Shown: one piece after another, positions 40,478 through 51,673 of the stretch | Numbering within the stretch: position 1 is the first letter of the stretch | Layout: the number at the start of each line of letters is the position of its first letter | Assembly: GCA_040285745.1 (NCBI GenBank) | Contig: JAUFOR010000001.1 | Coordinates: 62,001 to 126,000 of the forward strand | DNA: 64,000 bases | Direction of reading: 5' to 3' | Source: Barthelona sp. PCE | Taxonomy: Eukaryota | Notes under the pieces: model-generated | Told to the model about the DNA's origin: nothing | The model's database searches: none | The model's input: only the letters and a program-made list of their open reading frames with translations | Translations under genes and position numbers: made by a program

Positions 40478-41389
40478 CTATGAAAGAAACGCAATAAAAC
40501 ATAAAATTAAAAGAAACACCAGATAGGTAGCATAGAGCAAACACTTCATGTTAACCCCTTCATTGATTGACGAAATAACCTCACTATTGGTCTCGTCGAA
40601 GGTAAGAATAGGTTCATCTTCAGAAGGAAGGATTGCTGAAGGATTTGCTACAGAAGTATCCAATGAATAATGTGTATTTGAAGTGAATTTGACGGTTAAA
40701 ATGACTGTGGTCTCACCATCCCTTGCTGATAAGCAAACATGTGTTGCTTTATCATTGGGCAAAACTTTTATCTTCGAAGCTATAGAATAGTTAAAAGTTT
40801 GATGAAAACCAGTTTCACTATTATACAAGGCAACAGTGTTATCACCTTGTTCACCTATATGTGACATGACCATCCAGCCATACTTACACATACAAAAGCT
40901 GCTTACTTTGAAAGGCAATGTATATGATTCCATGAGTGTTATTCCACCGTTTGAATTCAACTCAAAAATCGAAATATGCTCTTTGCTAGGCGATAAACAA
41001 CCCAAGGTGGTGGAAACCATAGATAAAAATTCGCATTTGGGCAGGCAATGTTCATCATCAAATATTCTGATGGTGTTATCCCTATTGAACCTGAACGTTC
41101 GCACAAGGGTATCAAATCTATCATTCTCACTTGTATTAGTATTAGTAACTGCAATGATACCGTACTTTCCTGTGTGAATTAAAAATACTAGTTTGTCTTC
41201 AGGTTGCTCAGTGTCCAAGAAAGCACGTCCATAAATACCCTTTGCGTCTGTAAGAACTCGAGAAAAATTCTCTTCAACCATAGTTCTTTTCAAAGGCTCA
41301 TGCTCCAAAAACAAGTCCCAAGATTCGTTGTCTTCCTGCAAAATAATGCTTTTGCTGTTTGGGAAGTACTTAAAGTATCTGTCAGGCAT
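40478..41389 (-). CDS. Hypothetical beta-rich protein with a C-terminal transmembrane anchor
   Basis: 303-aa ORF ending LLYATYLVFLLILCFIAFLS. Confidence 0.75.
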   Translation of the reverse strand: MPDRYFKYFPNSKSIILQEDNESWDLFLEHEPLKRTMVEENFSRVLTDAKGIYGRAFLDTEQPEDKLVFLIHTGKYGIIAVTNTNTSENDRFDTLVRTFRFNRDNTIRIFDDEHCLPKCEFLSMVSTTLGCLSPSKEHISIFELNSNGGITLMESYTLPFKVSSFCMCKYGWMVMSHIGEQGDNTVALYNSETGFHQTFNYSIASKIKVLPNDKATHVCLSARDGETTVILTVKFTSNTHYSLDTSVANPSAILPSEDEPILTFDETNSEVISSINEGVNMKCLLYATYLVFLLILCFIAFLS

Positions 41390-41791
41390 AATTAGGAAAA
41401 GGAAAGATGAGATAAAGCAGGCGCCAATCTTCAGTGAACATCCTTGGGCAGGGAGATGTGCAGCACAGCAATAATTGAGAAAATGAAAGTGTCTACGCTT
41501 GTGATACTAATTAGCCCATTTTTTTAGCTTCGATCTGGGATAAAAGTGTTTATGTTGTGCAATGTCGGTTATAGCTATACTAGATCCACACTAACTCAGT
41601 TAATTAAGAATTTATAAAGGAAAATGTTGATAAAACTGACATGAGGCTGTATACATTCTAAATTAATTTTAACCAGGATTATTAACCGTATTTGCTTAAT
41701 TTATTAATACTTACAACATTTAGTACTACGTATATCATAGAGAAGTTGTTTTTCAAACTTTATCTTTTTCCTTTGCGAATATGTCTTCTGG

Positions 41792-43657
41792 ATGAAAAAT
41801 TGGACATCAGACTCCTCCAAGTTACTTCAATTCTGTTTTATAGTGGAGATATGCGAAGACAACAGCCTTAACACTGTCTTTTCGCATCCAAAGGGCAATT
41901 TCGAGTTTACAGATCACACACATGTGATAGTTCCTCACCCGGAACTGCTCATGACAGATCCAACGCAGACACAATACTGTGTTGTGTTTACCAACGAGCA
42001 TAATGAACGTCTTTTTGGTTTCTGTCGCTTCTTGCACATTGACCAACGAAGCAAAAGGCCAGCGGTTGTTTGTTTATTGAGCGCTCATTGTTGGCCGAGC
42101 TTTTTCCACCAAATTTTGACAGTTACACATTTGCATCGTTTGTGCATGATTAAGAGTGGTGGATTCTCGGACATGGTGCTTTTTTTAACTCGATTAGCGT
42201 CAGCACCACTTCCCACTGGTGGTTCAACACTCCGTCTTGTTTCAAATTCAGCTACCTCCTTTTCCTTCGTCAGGCCAGGCCCATTTAACTACCCACACGG
42301 AGATCTCGAGTACCGTAGCCTCTTTGAGTCGCTGAAACCGAGTCAGCTTATCCCGCTGATGCTGCATATCCTTGTTGAACGTCCAGTGCTTTTTACCGGG
42401 TCATCTCTCCGTCTATTGAGCGATTCTGTTATTAGTATGTATCACCTCTGCCACCCACTGCGATGGCGCCACCTCTTCATCAGTATCCTACCTCAATCAG
42501 TGCTTCACTTCGTATGCGCACCGGTTCCCTACATTTTCGGTGTCCACAAGTCTATTGTTCACCAAATAGAGGGCATGCCACTGCCTGAGAACGGATTGAT
42601 CGTTGATATCGACCGTGGTTCAGTCCGTCCAATGTCTCAATCCCAGTTTCTTCCTTCATCATCGAGCCACACAAGCAAGCTCGCAACAAGGTTATCAAAG
42701 CTAGTGCGTAAGCTACAGAAGACCGGTCAATTCGACGTGGGAACGTTTTTATCGCACGTTGACACGTTCATAACAGGCATTATCGGAAATGTCACAGGTT
42801 ATATCCGGCCCATCATGGGGAAGCGGTGCACCGCCAGCGACGTGCACACAAAGACGCACTACTTCGACATGCGTGGTTACATCCGCGATAGAACGAGGCA
42901 GACGGCAGAGATTCTGAAGCTCATTACCAAGACGCAGTGTTTCCGGTTGTATGTTCTGGATCTCCTTGTTAAGTACGGCCGTGGCGAGATACGGAATGAT
43001 GGGGGCTTCTTTGACAAATTAAACAACAAGGCAAGCTCGTTTTTGAACAAGTTCTTTACAGAACCCGTAATGTCTCCTGCTTCAAACGTTGTGGTTAGTA
43101 CGTTGACCCCTGTTCGATCCGCGACCTCAGTTGTCGCTGTGCGTACGCCTACGCTGCTCCAATCACTGTCAAACGTCTGTAGGCCGCCGTTGTGGGATCA
43201 AAATTTTGAGGAACTGCATGACCTGTTTATGCCGAACGTTGACCGCGTGTGCATGGTGCAGAGGCGCGAGGAGGAGCAAAGAGAAGAGAAGATGCTGTTT
43301 GTTGTGCGCGAGGATGAATCATACACACCAAGCGTAAAGGATGAACCAGAGTTCTTTAGTTTTAATGATGTTGAAGAAAAGGTCCCCGTTTTCTTTGAGG
43401 AAGATTCATCAGCTGTATCAGAATCTTTCCTTGAAGTCGAGGTGATCGGCACAGGAAGGCCACAGAGTGCCCCACCCACACCAATGGATGCTCCAAGCAC
43501 AGCATTTTTTGATCGATGTGCCAGTGCCAACTCAATACCAACACCACAACCGCAGGGGCGTCGGCGGAGCTTGAGTTCAGGTAATGTATCTTTATTCCCA
43601 CCACAGCAGAAGGCTAGAAGACCATCAGCCATTCAAATACTTGATGACATTTTCTAG
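41792..43657 (+). CDS. DENN domain protein (Rab GEF, DENND1/2-like)
   Basis: VFTNEHNERLFGFCR, ILVERPVLF, HPLRWRHLFISILP, CAPVPYIFG, LIVDID, dDENN TQCF. Confidence 0.92.
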   Translation: MKNWTSDSSKLLQFCFIVEICEDNSLNTVFSHPKGNFEFTDHTHVIVPHPELLMTDPTQTQYCVVFTNEHNERLFGFCRFLHIDQRSKRPAVVCLLSAHCWPSFFHQILTVTHLHRLCMIKSGGFSDMVLFLTRLASAPLPTGGSTLRLVSNSATSFSFVRPGPFNYPHGDLEYRSLFESLKPSQLIPLMLHILVERPVLFTGSSLRLLSDSVISMYHLCHPLRWRHLFISILPQSVLHFVCAPVPYIFGVHKSIVHQIEGMPLPENGLIVDIDRGSVRPMSQSQFLPSSSSHTSKLATRLSKLVRKLQKTGQFDVGTFLSHVDTFITGIIGNVTGYIRPIMGKRCTASDVHTKTHYFDMRGYIRDRTRQTAEILKLITKTQCFRLYVLDLLVKYGRGEIRNDGGFFDKLNNKASSFLNKFFTEPVMSPASNVVVSTLTPVRSATSVVAVRTPTLLQSLSNVCRPPLWDQNFEELHDLFMPNVDRVCMVQRREEEQREEKMLFVVREDESYTPSVKDEPEFFSFNDVEEKVPVFFEEDSSAVSESFLEVEVIGTGRPQSAPPTPMDAPSTAFFDRCASANSIPTPQPQGRRRSLSSGNVSLFPPQQKARRPSAIQILDDIF

Positions 43658-43688
43658 CATTAGAAATAAAAAAAGCGTATGATTATTT

Positions 43689-46600
43689 TTACTTTGAGCT
43701 ACGACGTCTGTTATTATTGATTGATAGTCCACTAGAAACTCTCTTTGGCTTATTAATGTTCCCCATTGAATTTGATCGTTGTAATGGGGGTAATCTGCTT
43801 GACTTCGGACCTGAGCTCATTCCTCTCTTTTTCTTCTTTTTCTGGAGCGGATCAAGTGTACCAATCGTACCAACACTGCCACCAAACATCTTTGTGTAGT
43901 TCTCATCACGGTTTACGAGCTCAAGCTTGAAGTACTGCATTTGTTGCTTGATTTCTTCAAGTTCTTCCGTCCTCTGATCTAGTGCGAGCTTCAGTTGTTC
44001 AATGAATTCCAGATCTTCTGGTCTGCTTGGTCTTTCAAGGTAAAGGTTGTGATATTCCTCGACTTTTTCGTTTAACTTCATTCTTTCTTCATCAAAGCTA
44101 CGCTCCAGCGATTGTATCTCTTTCTTTAGCTTCTCAATATCCATTTTGTGGTTAGAAACCATTCTATTAACGGTTGATTGCATCTCCCGTTCAAGTGTGT
44201 TTTCCAACTCGATAAGCTCACGTTGATGGGCGATCTTGAGCTGTCTTAACGCATCTTGGTGGTCAGTGTGCTGTGATTCGAGAGATGTGACATTTCGCAA
44301 TGTTCCTTGTAAGGTTTCACGCATTTCCGTCAGTTCCTTATCTTTTGCTGATAATTGCGCCACATACCCATTAATTTTGGCCTCATACTCGAGGATTACG
44401 TTCTTCTCACGCTCCCTCTGCTTGTTCAATTTGGCATCAAAATCGTCAAACATTTTTTTTGATTGGGCTCTCAACTCATCACGTACCTTCTCCAGGCGGG
44501 AAATCTCTTCAGCATGACGTTCACTAAGGCGTTGTTCTAAAGAATACTGATCATCAATGGCCAACTGTTTTGCTCTCGCCATTTGCTCTTTGAACCCTTC
44601 AATTTCGCTCTCGAACTTTGTCTTATGGGCAGCCATCAACTCTTCGTGAGCCTTCTTCAGCCGCTCCACTTCTAATCTGTGATTGTTCCGTACTGAATCC
44701 ATTTCATTGGACAGCCGACCATTACTGGCTTCGGCCGAGCTCTTCAAGAACTCCAACTCCTCTTCCAGGACTGAAATTCGGTGATCTGTACTTTCTTTAA
44801 TATCAGAAATCTCTTGCTTGTGGTTTTTCTGCATTGTTTTGATGTGTTCATCAAAATCGATTCTGAGTTCGGCCATTTTCTTGCCAGCATCAGTTATTTG
44901 CCTCTGTAGTGCAACCTTCTCCTTCTCAAGGCGATCACGCTCCGACTGCATCGTGAGGAGAGCCGTCTGTAGTTTCTTAGTCTCGGTTGAGGTCACCTCG
45001 TTTGAGTCCTTTTGCATTTCAAGTGTATTGCGCAGCTCAGCAAGAGAGTCCTCCAGCTGGCTCATCTGTTGAGTCTTTGCATCCAGTTGGTCGTTCATCA
45101 TGCGCTGTTTCTCGCTCAAATCCTCAATTTTTAATAGTAAATCATCGCGTTCTGCCTCAACAGTGGTCCTTGATGTTTTCTCTTTTTCAATCTCATCATT
45201 CTTAGCCATAATTTCAGAGCTGGCGGTATCCAGCTCAGCTTGTTTTGCGATAAGTTCCTCCTTCAATCGCTGCATAGCATCAGAGCTGTTTGAGTTTGAT
45301 GACTGCAGTTGGTGCTGCAGCTCCAACACCAACAGCTTCGATTTCTTGAGCTCGGAGAACAACGTGTCTCGCTCGGTGCTCAGCTTACTGACGGATGACT
45401 CGAGCTCGTCAATTGCGACCTGCTTCTCAGCAACAGCCTTGTTCTTTGCTGCAACAACAGCAGTTATTTCTTCTGTTTTCGCAGCAACTTCACCCTCTAC
45501 CTCTGTTATCCAGGCGTTTAGCTTCTCCTTTTCCTTTTCAAACAACCTCTTTTCGATCTCTAGCTCACGAGCATGTGTTGTTTTGGCAGTGTTAAGTGCA
45601 TTTTCCTGCTTCTCAAGGGATACTTCTAGGGCCTTGACTTTTGTTGATAGTATCTGATTCTCATCAACCAAGCGAGAAATCTCTGCTTGTGTGTCAGACA
45701 TTGAAGAGCCCAACTGGTTCTGCTTTGCACGCATAGTGTTAATTTCTTCCAGTTGTTGTCTATTACGATCTTTTAGTGTTGCAATTTCAGATGAAAGCTC
45801 TTCGTTCTGCGCATCAAGCACACTGTTGGCATCATCAGCAGCCTTTTTGCCAGTCTCAAGTTCTCGCTTAATCCCTTCAAGAGCCTTCACATCTTTGTCG
45901 CGCTGTTCCAACGTCAGAAATACCTGGTTAAGCTGTTTTTCGAACCCAGCTTTCTCATTGTTCACCTTCAACAGATCACCTTTTAGTTCAAGCGTCTGAC
46001 GCTCCAAAGACGTGCATGTTTGTTCCAAAGACGCCATCTTTTTTGCTTGGTCTGCGTGCGTCCCTGCCCACTTCTCATTCTCCTCTCTCAACTTGGTCAG
46101 TTCCGTTCCCAGGTTGACGTTTTTAATCGTCAGCTCATTGTTCCGTTCCTCTAAAGAACCAATACGGGAGTTCAGCTCATCCACGATACTACGGTTTGCG
46201 ACGCTCGTTTCCTCCAATAGCAGCTGGTTCTGCTGCTTGGCCTCACGCAGCTGCTCTTCAAGTGATACAATAGTTCCGCCTGCTTTTTCGCACTCTGCAA
46301 TTTTATCCAAATTCTCAGAGTGAAGTTTTGCGTACTTATCTGTTTGTTCTTTCAACATCGCGTTGTACTTGTCGTTTGACGTCCGTAACACACCCGCTAC
46401 CTCCTCTTCCTTCTGCAGGTTGAGGTTCTTTATCTGTTTTTGATAGCGAGCAATTTTTTCATCGCACTTTTCTCTGATCTTTGAGAACTCATTTTCGAAC
46501 GTGGATATGGTCGTCTGGTATCCCTCACAACACTTTTCAATCTTAGATTGCTGCAGCGACAAACTATCTTGCTGAGTATTTTGCATTCGAGACATTTGCT

Positions 46601-46913
46601 TCTCCGTGCTCGCCTTGTAAGCCTCCAGTTCCTGGATGAACTGCGCTTTTTCGCCCTCATGCTTCTGTGTGAGATCATCAAGAGCCTTTTGGAGCTTTGC
46701 TGTCTGATCTTTTTCCTTCAGTTGATTCCGCACTTCACATAGCTTCTCAAGACTGCTCTCCATTATCGTCTTGATCTCCAGCTCGTACGCCTCGCATGTC
46801 TCCCTAAATTCATAAGCCTTGTTCTCTTGCTTAGAATTTAGTAAGTATATTACGCGGGTAAGTTGGGCGATCTTCTTGTTTAGTTTGAACAGCAGATCCC
46901 CCGGTGCACTCAT
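43689..46913 (-). CDS. FAM184: FAM184A/B-like coiled-coil protein
   Basis: N-terminal KKIAQLTRVIYLLN; C-terminal RPSRPEDL and YFKLELVNRDENYTKMFG. Confidence 0.8.
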   Translation of the reverse strand: MSAPGDLLFKLNKKIAQLTRVIYLLNSKQENKAYEFRETCEAYELEIKTIMESSLEKLCEVRNQLKEKDQTAKLQKALDDLTQKHEGEKAQFIQELEAYKASTEKQMSRMQNTQQDSLSLQQSKIEKCCEGYQTTISTFENEFSKIREKCDEKIARYQKQIKNLNLQKEEEVAGVLRTSNDKYNAMLKEQTDKYAKLHSENLDKIAECEKAGGTIVSLEEQLREAKQQNQLLLEETSVANRSIVDELNSRIGSLEERNNELTIKNVNLGTELTKLREENEKWAGTHADQAKKMASLEQTCTSLERQTLELKGDLLKVNNEKAGFEKQLNQVFLTLEQRDKDVKALEGIKRELETGKKAADDANSVLDAQNEELSSEIATLKDRNRQQLEEINTMRAKQNQLGSSMSDTQAEISRLVDENQILSTKVKALEVSLEKQENALNTAKTTHARELEIEKRLFEKEKEKLNAWITEVEGEVAAKTEEITAVVAAKNKAVAEKQVAIDELESSVSKLSTERDTLFSELKKSKLLVLELQHQLQSSNSNSSDAMQRLKEELIAKQAELDTASSEIMAKNDEIEKEKTSRTTVEAERDDLLLKIEDLSEKQRMMNDQLDAKTQQMSQLEDSLAELRNTLEMQKDSNEVTSTETKKLQTALLTMQSERDRLEKEKVALQRQITDAGKKMAELRIDFDEHIKTMQKNHKQEISDIKESTDHRISVLEEELEFLKSSAEASNGRLSNEMDSVRNNHRLEVERLKKAHEELMAAHKTKFESEIEGFKEQMARAKQLAIDDQYSLEQRLSERHAEEISRLEKVRDELRAQSKKMFDDFDAKLNKQREREKNVILEYEAKINGYVAQLSAKDKELTEMRETLQGTLRNVTSLESQHTDHQDALRQLKIAHQRELIELENTLEREMQSTVNRMVSNHKMDIEKLKKEIQSLERSFDEERMKLNEKVEEYHNLYLERPSRPEDLEFIEQLKLALDQRTEELEEIKQQMQYFKLELVNRDENYTKMFGGSVGTIGTLDPLQKKKKKRGMSSGPKSSRLPPLQRSNSMGNINKPKRVSSGLSINNNRRRSSK

Positions 46914-47110
46914 TATACAATAAAATAGCCCTGAATATACAGCAGAGTGGTGATAAATGTGTAACAGATATCGATTGCAGAAGTTGAGACAGTTCTTTTC
47001 ATATGTGTGCTATTTATTGGCATAGGTGGTTGAAAATAACCACCATGTCACTTTGGGAAGAACGCAATTTTGTTAGTTGCTTTCTCACCTATTTATAACT
47101 TAACACATTA

Positions 47111-47434
47111 ATGGGAGCTTCTAAGGCCAAACAACAGGATTTACCTGTGGCATTAAATGCGAAAAAACCGAAACAAGCAAAGTTGAGCTCCAAAACGAGG
47201 AACATGAAATTTATGTCAAAGAAGACATTTTCAGTTGCAGAAGTGCAAGAAGAAGCACGAAAAGAGGAGTGGAAGGGGGACATTAGACTTGATTTGCCAT
47301 CATCAGAGACCAAAACGAACGATCGTGCCATTATTGTCAATTTTATCGCTTCTCGTGGTAGTTTTGGCGGAACTAACCAATATTTGGAATACAGAGTGCG
47401 TGAGCTGAAGACTTATGTGGTCAAGAAGCGATGA
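47111..47434 (+). CDS. MPP6: M-phase phosphoprotein 6-like exosome cofactor
   Basis: LSSKTRNMKFM and RGSFGGTNQYLE match the two MPP6 motifs (LSxxLxxMKFM; GRxSFxGFNPxVE). Confidence 0.7.
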   Translation: MGASKAKQQDLPVALNAKKPKQAKLSSKTRNMKFMSKKTFSVAEVQEEARKEEWKGDIRLDLPSSETKTNDRAIIVNFIASRGSFGGTNQYLEYRVRELKTYVVKKR

Positions 47435-47711
47435 TCAAGAATACTGTTATTGAATCGTTTTAATGAGCATTGTATTAACAAAATAACATCCATTAAATGG
47501 AATTTGGGCACGTCAAGAACACTTTATTACACTGATACAAGCATGTGCTCTGCAGAATTTTTTATGTGATAGTGATGGTGTTGAGCAAGCTTTTACATGT
47601 GGTTAAAAAGCATCCGCAATTCAGACCAAAGAATAAACATTGAATGAAATATTATCTGCAAGGTGTTTCACCATTTTCAACCTTTTCTTTTGTTCGACAT
47701 TGTTATAAAAC

Positions 47712-49754
47712 ATGTCAGAACGCTGGGTATCATACTTTGATACATCGACTGGGAGACCATTTTACGAAAACACAGTAACACGGGAAAGAAGGTGGCTAAA
47801 ACCTGATACAAGTAAGTTCAACACACATGTAACAGACTCACCACAAATGAAACGTGCTGCAGAGAGGTTTATCAGGACGGAAGAGTCAGCAAAAGAAAAA
47901 AATTTAAGGATTCATCCTATTATGGCTCCACCCTCATCTCCGTGGAAATTTGACCCGTTTATGCGATCTACTATCACAGATTCGATCCTTATTGAGCTCC
48001 ACAGAGATTTGAGTGACTTTTTAATCAAGATGATCACATATATTCACAGTTTGAATGAGTCAAACCTGGATAGATCATACACGCTGGAGTCCCGGTGCTA
48101 CTGGTATGTATCGGAGTATATCCGGTTGATTATCACGCACGAGCATGTATTACCAACGCTATCTCTCAAGTTTGCAATCAATCTGTTGCAGAATTCCATA
48201 AATTCATTAACAGTCTTGAATTCGTTTTCCAACCCTTTACGCGACGTCGACGGGAGCGGAGTTATCAACGATGACGAGTATCTGGAGTATGTGCGTGTCT
48301 TTTACTTGACACTAGGATCCTTTTTTAGATTCTTTGACCTCTTTATTCAGATGTTCATAAAAGATGATGCCGAGGACGGAGCAGACATATGGAACATTGA
48401 CAGCTTGCTTTTTGTTGGGGAAAATACATTCAAGCAGTTGGATGCAATTTTCACCAGGATGGGACTGTTTAAGAATCTGAAACAGCTGTTTTTAGTACAG
48501 CTTTGGGACGAAAAGCTCGACAAAGCGATGTTCGATAACATAAATACGCTGACGGGTCAGCTTTTTGGCTCTTTTTTGGTTAGACTGCTTAACATCAATT
48601 TGTTGCTGATGTGTAAGACATCAACAGACCCAGAGGTGTTCAGCAAGGACCTTCCCGTGTTTGTGTTTAGCAGCGGGATAATACGCCGATCGAAGAAGCA
48701 TAAGAAGCTGCAGTCAATATATGATGGTCTTCGTCTGGGTTGTATCAGCAATATATCATTAGACGACCTTGATGATCCAGAGGACGATCCTCCAATGCCC
48801 CCACAGCTCCCAGTACCTCAAGAAAGTGAGCCAAAAACGGATTTAGTTCATGCGACACAGGAGCAGGTTGTTGCTGAAGTTTCGGTGACACCAGAACCCG
48901 AGAGTGACGTTCTGTATCTCGAGGACGTTGTTGTTCCGACGGCAGACGAAGATGTATTTGTTGATGAGGACGAGGATGAAGATTTTAGCTGGAACATGGA
49001 TCTCTCAGTGTTGATGAATCTTGATAGGGTTTGTTTTGTTCTTTTCGACCTGGAGACACTCTGTGTCGTACACCGCATCAGCAGAAAATACGTAGATGTT
49101 ACATTACTGCTTGAACATACTTTGGATAAGACAGATAAGAAAGTGCTGTTGCCGAGTGAAACATATCATTTAACGGAGGACTTGCGCCAGAACGCTGTGC
49201 TTCTTCTACCACTAGTCTTTGTTAAGGGTAGTTACATTGCCTTTCTTCCGCATTACTGTAAGGATCTGGACAGGAACCCCGTTGAACACTGTACGAGGAT
49301 TGTTGAGGCAAGACCTAGTTTTATTACAAAGAAGCACAGGTATCCGGAGATCCCAGCACCATTGATTGAGCTTAGGTTCAACGAACGTTTCTGTTTGTCC
49401 AGCTATCGGTTTGTAGATATTTTTGAGGCTAATTGTATATATACGTCCAACAATGGGCTGGATGTGTACGGATTGGATAACATGCAGTACGTTGGAAAGA
49501 AATCTACAAGTGTTTTGGTGAAGATAATGCATCATCGAGAGTTTAAGACAAAAACAGCTAATGAAGAGTATTACCGTAAGTTGTATAACAAGTTTTGCAA
49601 AATATATTTCACAAAGAATCAAGATAACTATTTGAATCGAAAAATGAGAAAAACAGAACGATTCATTAAGATAAAGAAAAGCATCCTTCAGCAAAAGTGG
49701 GAAATTGATCCCAGGGAGGCGGCTCGGCGTTCTACAGTTGTAAAACATAACTAG
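47712..49754 (+). CDS. WW-domain protein with an EF-hand-like loop
   Basis: WVSYFDTSTGRPFYENTVTRERRWLKP (WW); DVDGSGVINDDE (EF-hand loop). Confidence 0.8.
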   Translation: MSERWVSYFDTSTGRPFYENTVTRERRWLKPDTSKFNTHVTDSPQMKRAAERFIRTEESAKEKNLRIHPIMAPPSSPWKFDPFMRSTITDSILIELHRDLSDFLIKMITYIHSLNESNLDRSYTLESRCYWYVSEYIRLIITHEHVLPTLSLKFAINLLQNSINSLTVLNSFSNPLRDVDGSGVINDDEYLEYVRVFYLTLGSFFRFFDLFIQMFIKDDAEDGADIWNIDSLLFVGENTFKQLDAIFTRMGLFKNLKQLFLVQLWDEKLDKAMFDNINTLTGQLFGSFLVRLLNINLLLMCKTSTDPEVFSKDLPVFVFSSGIIRRSKKHKKLQSIYDGLRLGCISNISLDDLDDPEDDPPMPPQLPVPQESEPKTDLVHATQEQVVAEVSVTPEPESDVLYLEDVVVPTADEDVFVDEDEDEDFSWNMDLSVLMNLDRVCFVLFDLETLCVVHRISRKYVDVTLLLEHTLDKTDKKVLLPSETYHLTEDLRQNAVLLLPLVFVKGSYIAFLPHYCKDLDRNPVEHCTRIVEARPSFITKKHRYPEIPAPLIELRFNERFCLSSYRFVDIFEANCIYTSNNGLDVYGLDNMQYVGKKSTSVLVKIMHHREFKTKTANEEYYRKLYNKFCKIYFTKNQDNYLNRKMRKTERFIKIKKSILQQKWEIDPREAARRSTVVKHN

Positions 49755-49819
49755 CATGATGTATTGTTGTTTTTCTTCTTTGACAGTGTACTTTTTGGAT
49801 TCTAAGATTTTGATTTTGT

Positions 49820-51136
49820 ATGGAAGCCAGTCATCGCATTCAGAAGGAGGAGTTCCACAGTAACAACCTTGGAAGTGGCTTTTGCGAGACAACAGTTTTA
49901 ACTTTCATTGCACCATTAGGTTTGCTGGTTTCTGAGCGTTTGCGTGACATGCTGCCAAAGGGATCTCACTTTTTCATCCAGATGTTTTTCTTTATGACGC
50001 TTTTTACCCTCAGTGTATTCGAGATCCTTAATGCTTACATCGCCTGCATAATTTTACTGTCTATATTGCTCTTGCTTGGTAAATCCAGTAGTCCGGTCCA
50101 CAAGTCTGTGGATCCTGCGGTTAAGGAATACGAAAGTCACAAAAAATCAGATACATTTACTGTTATTAAGCTGATGACACTTGTTCTGACGGTAGTGTGC
50201 ATTCTAGCGGTTGATTTTCCTCAATTTCCACGTAAATATGGAAAGACAACCATGTTCGGTTATGGGCTTATGGACATTGGTGTTGGTATGTTTGCATATC
50301 TAAATGGAGTTGTATGCTACATTAGGCACGTCAACAACCGGCGTAAAAAGCCATTATTACCAAAATTATTAACTTTACTACTTGGTTATGTGCGCCTTGT
50401 TTGGTTGAAGTTTTTTAATTATCACACTACAGACGTTGAGTATGGAAAGCACTTTAATTTCTTTAGCATTCTGTCTAGTCTTGCACTTCTATCGGGATTA
50501 GTCCCACCTTCTCGTAGTAACTCTATTATTATGTGTATTTTAGGGTCAGTGATCAGTGTATTTGTCACACAGAAGTATAGGAGTTATGTATTTTATGATT
50601 TGGAAAGAACAACTTTTTTAACCAGCAATGTTGAGTTTTTTATCAGCATTAGTGGATTTGTCACAATATTTTATTTCAGTGGCATTTATATTGATTTGGT
50701 CATCAAAATTGAGAAATTGATTAAGGAAAATCAAATCTTGAAGGCACTTAGAAGAATGCTTATTCTTTACATTAGTTTTGCTATTCTTCCAATCATTTAT
50801 CCCCCATCTCGTCGTCTATGCGACCTCTCTTATGTATCCTGGACGATGTTTATGATTTCAGGTGTGAGTTTTGTATCACTTTTAATCATGCACTTTTTTG
50901 ATATCGAATATGCTGGTGTATTAACAAATTCTGCACTATCCAACCAGATGTATTCATTTCTTTTCGCCAACTTGCTCGTCGGCAACATTAACATCAACGT
51001 GAATACTCTTTCACTGAGCATAGGCGAAACACTTTTGTACAACACTTTATATCAATTTGGAGTTTCACTTTTCATGGTTTCTGCGTTCTTTAACAAGCCT
51101 CTTACCCAGCTGAACCCAAAAAATGATTCAAAGTAA
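49820..51136 (+). CDS. PIGW: GPI inositol acyltransferase PIG-W/GWT1
   Basis: KEEFHSN, ILAVDFPQFPRKYGKT, LMDIGVG, EYGKHFNFF, SRRLCDLSYV, FLFANLLVGNIN; multi-TM. Confidence 0.93.
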   Translation: MEASHRIQKEEFHSNNLGSGFCETTVLTFIAPLGLLVSERLRDMLPKGSHFFIQMFFFMTLFTLSVFEILNAYIACIILLSILLLLGKSSSPVHKSVDPAVKEYESHKKSDTFTVIKLMTLVLTVVCILAVDFPQFPRKYGKTTMFGYGLMDIGVGMFAYLNGVVCYIRHVNNRRKKPLLPKLLTLLLGYVRLVWLKFFNYHTTDVEYGKHFNFFSILSSLALLSGLVPPSRSNSIIMCILGSVISVFVTQKYRSYVFYDLERTTFLTSNVEFFISISGFVTIFYFSGIYIDLVIKIEKLIKENQILKALRRMLILYISFAILPIIYPPSRRLCDLSYVSWTMFMISGVSFVSLLIMHFFDIEYAGVLTNSALSNQMYSFLFANLLVGNININVNTLSLSIGETLLYNTLYQFGVSLFMVSAFFNKPLTQLNPKNDSK

Positions 51137-51673
51137 AGATTTTTATTTAGTTCACTGGATTTCCTTCTTTTTTAACTATCATTATACATTTACTTGCAAT
51201 CGTCATAAAACTGTTTCATATAATATCCAAGTTTATGCAAGATTTGCTTTGCTTAAGTGATACTTTCTTTTAACAAATCTGATTTGTTCAAGATAGTTTT
51301 TCTAAAATTACGGTGTGTACGTCTGTTTATTGGTTATAAGCTGTCTGAAAACTATTAATGACTGGTTATAATCCGTTCATGTTTGCCACCAATGCAAGTT
51401 TGATTGCTTTCATGTTTAAGTGAGTACTCATTATTAATATAGGATGGGTCACTTATTTTTATGCACGAAATCAGGATATAAATCTCTGCTGTATATTAGC
51501 AAAAAGATATTTAGTTGTAAATGGTCTCTTTTCAGTATTTTTACCTTTTGACGACTATTTCAACAGCATTTCTTACATTGTTGCGATATTTTGTACCACG
51601 TCCCATTGTTAAGAATTACATCTAAACTTTAGAAGGTGCTTTTTCTTTAAAAACTTCGTTTATTTGTTTTATC

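Noticed and set aside
47614-47628. CAATTCAGACCA resembling nuclear RNase P CR-V
   Set aside because: No complementary CR-I (GGAAxGTCTG-type) found upstream.
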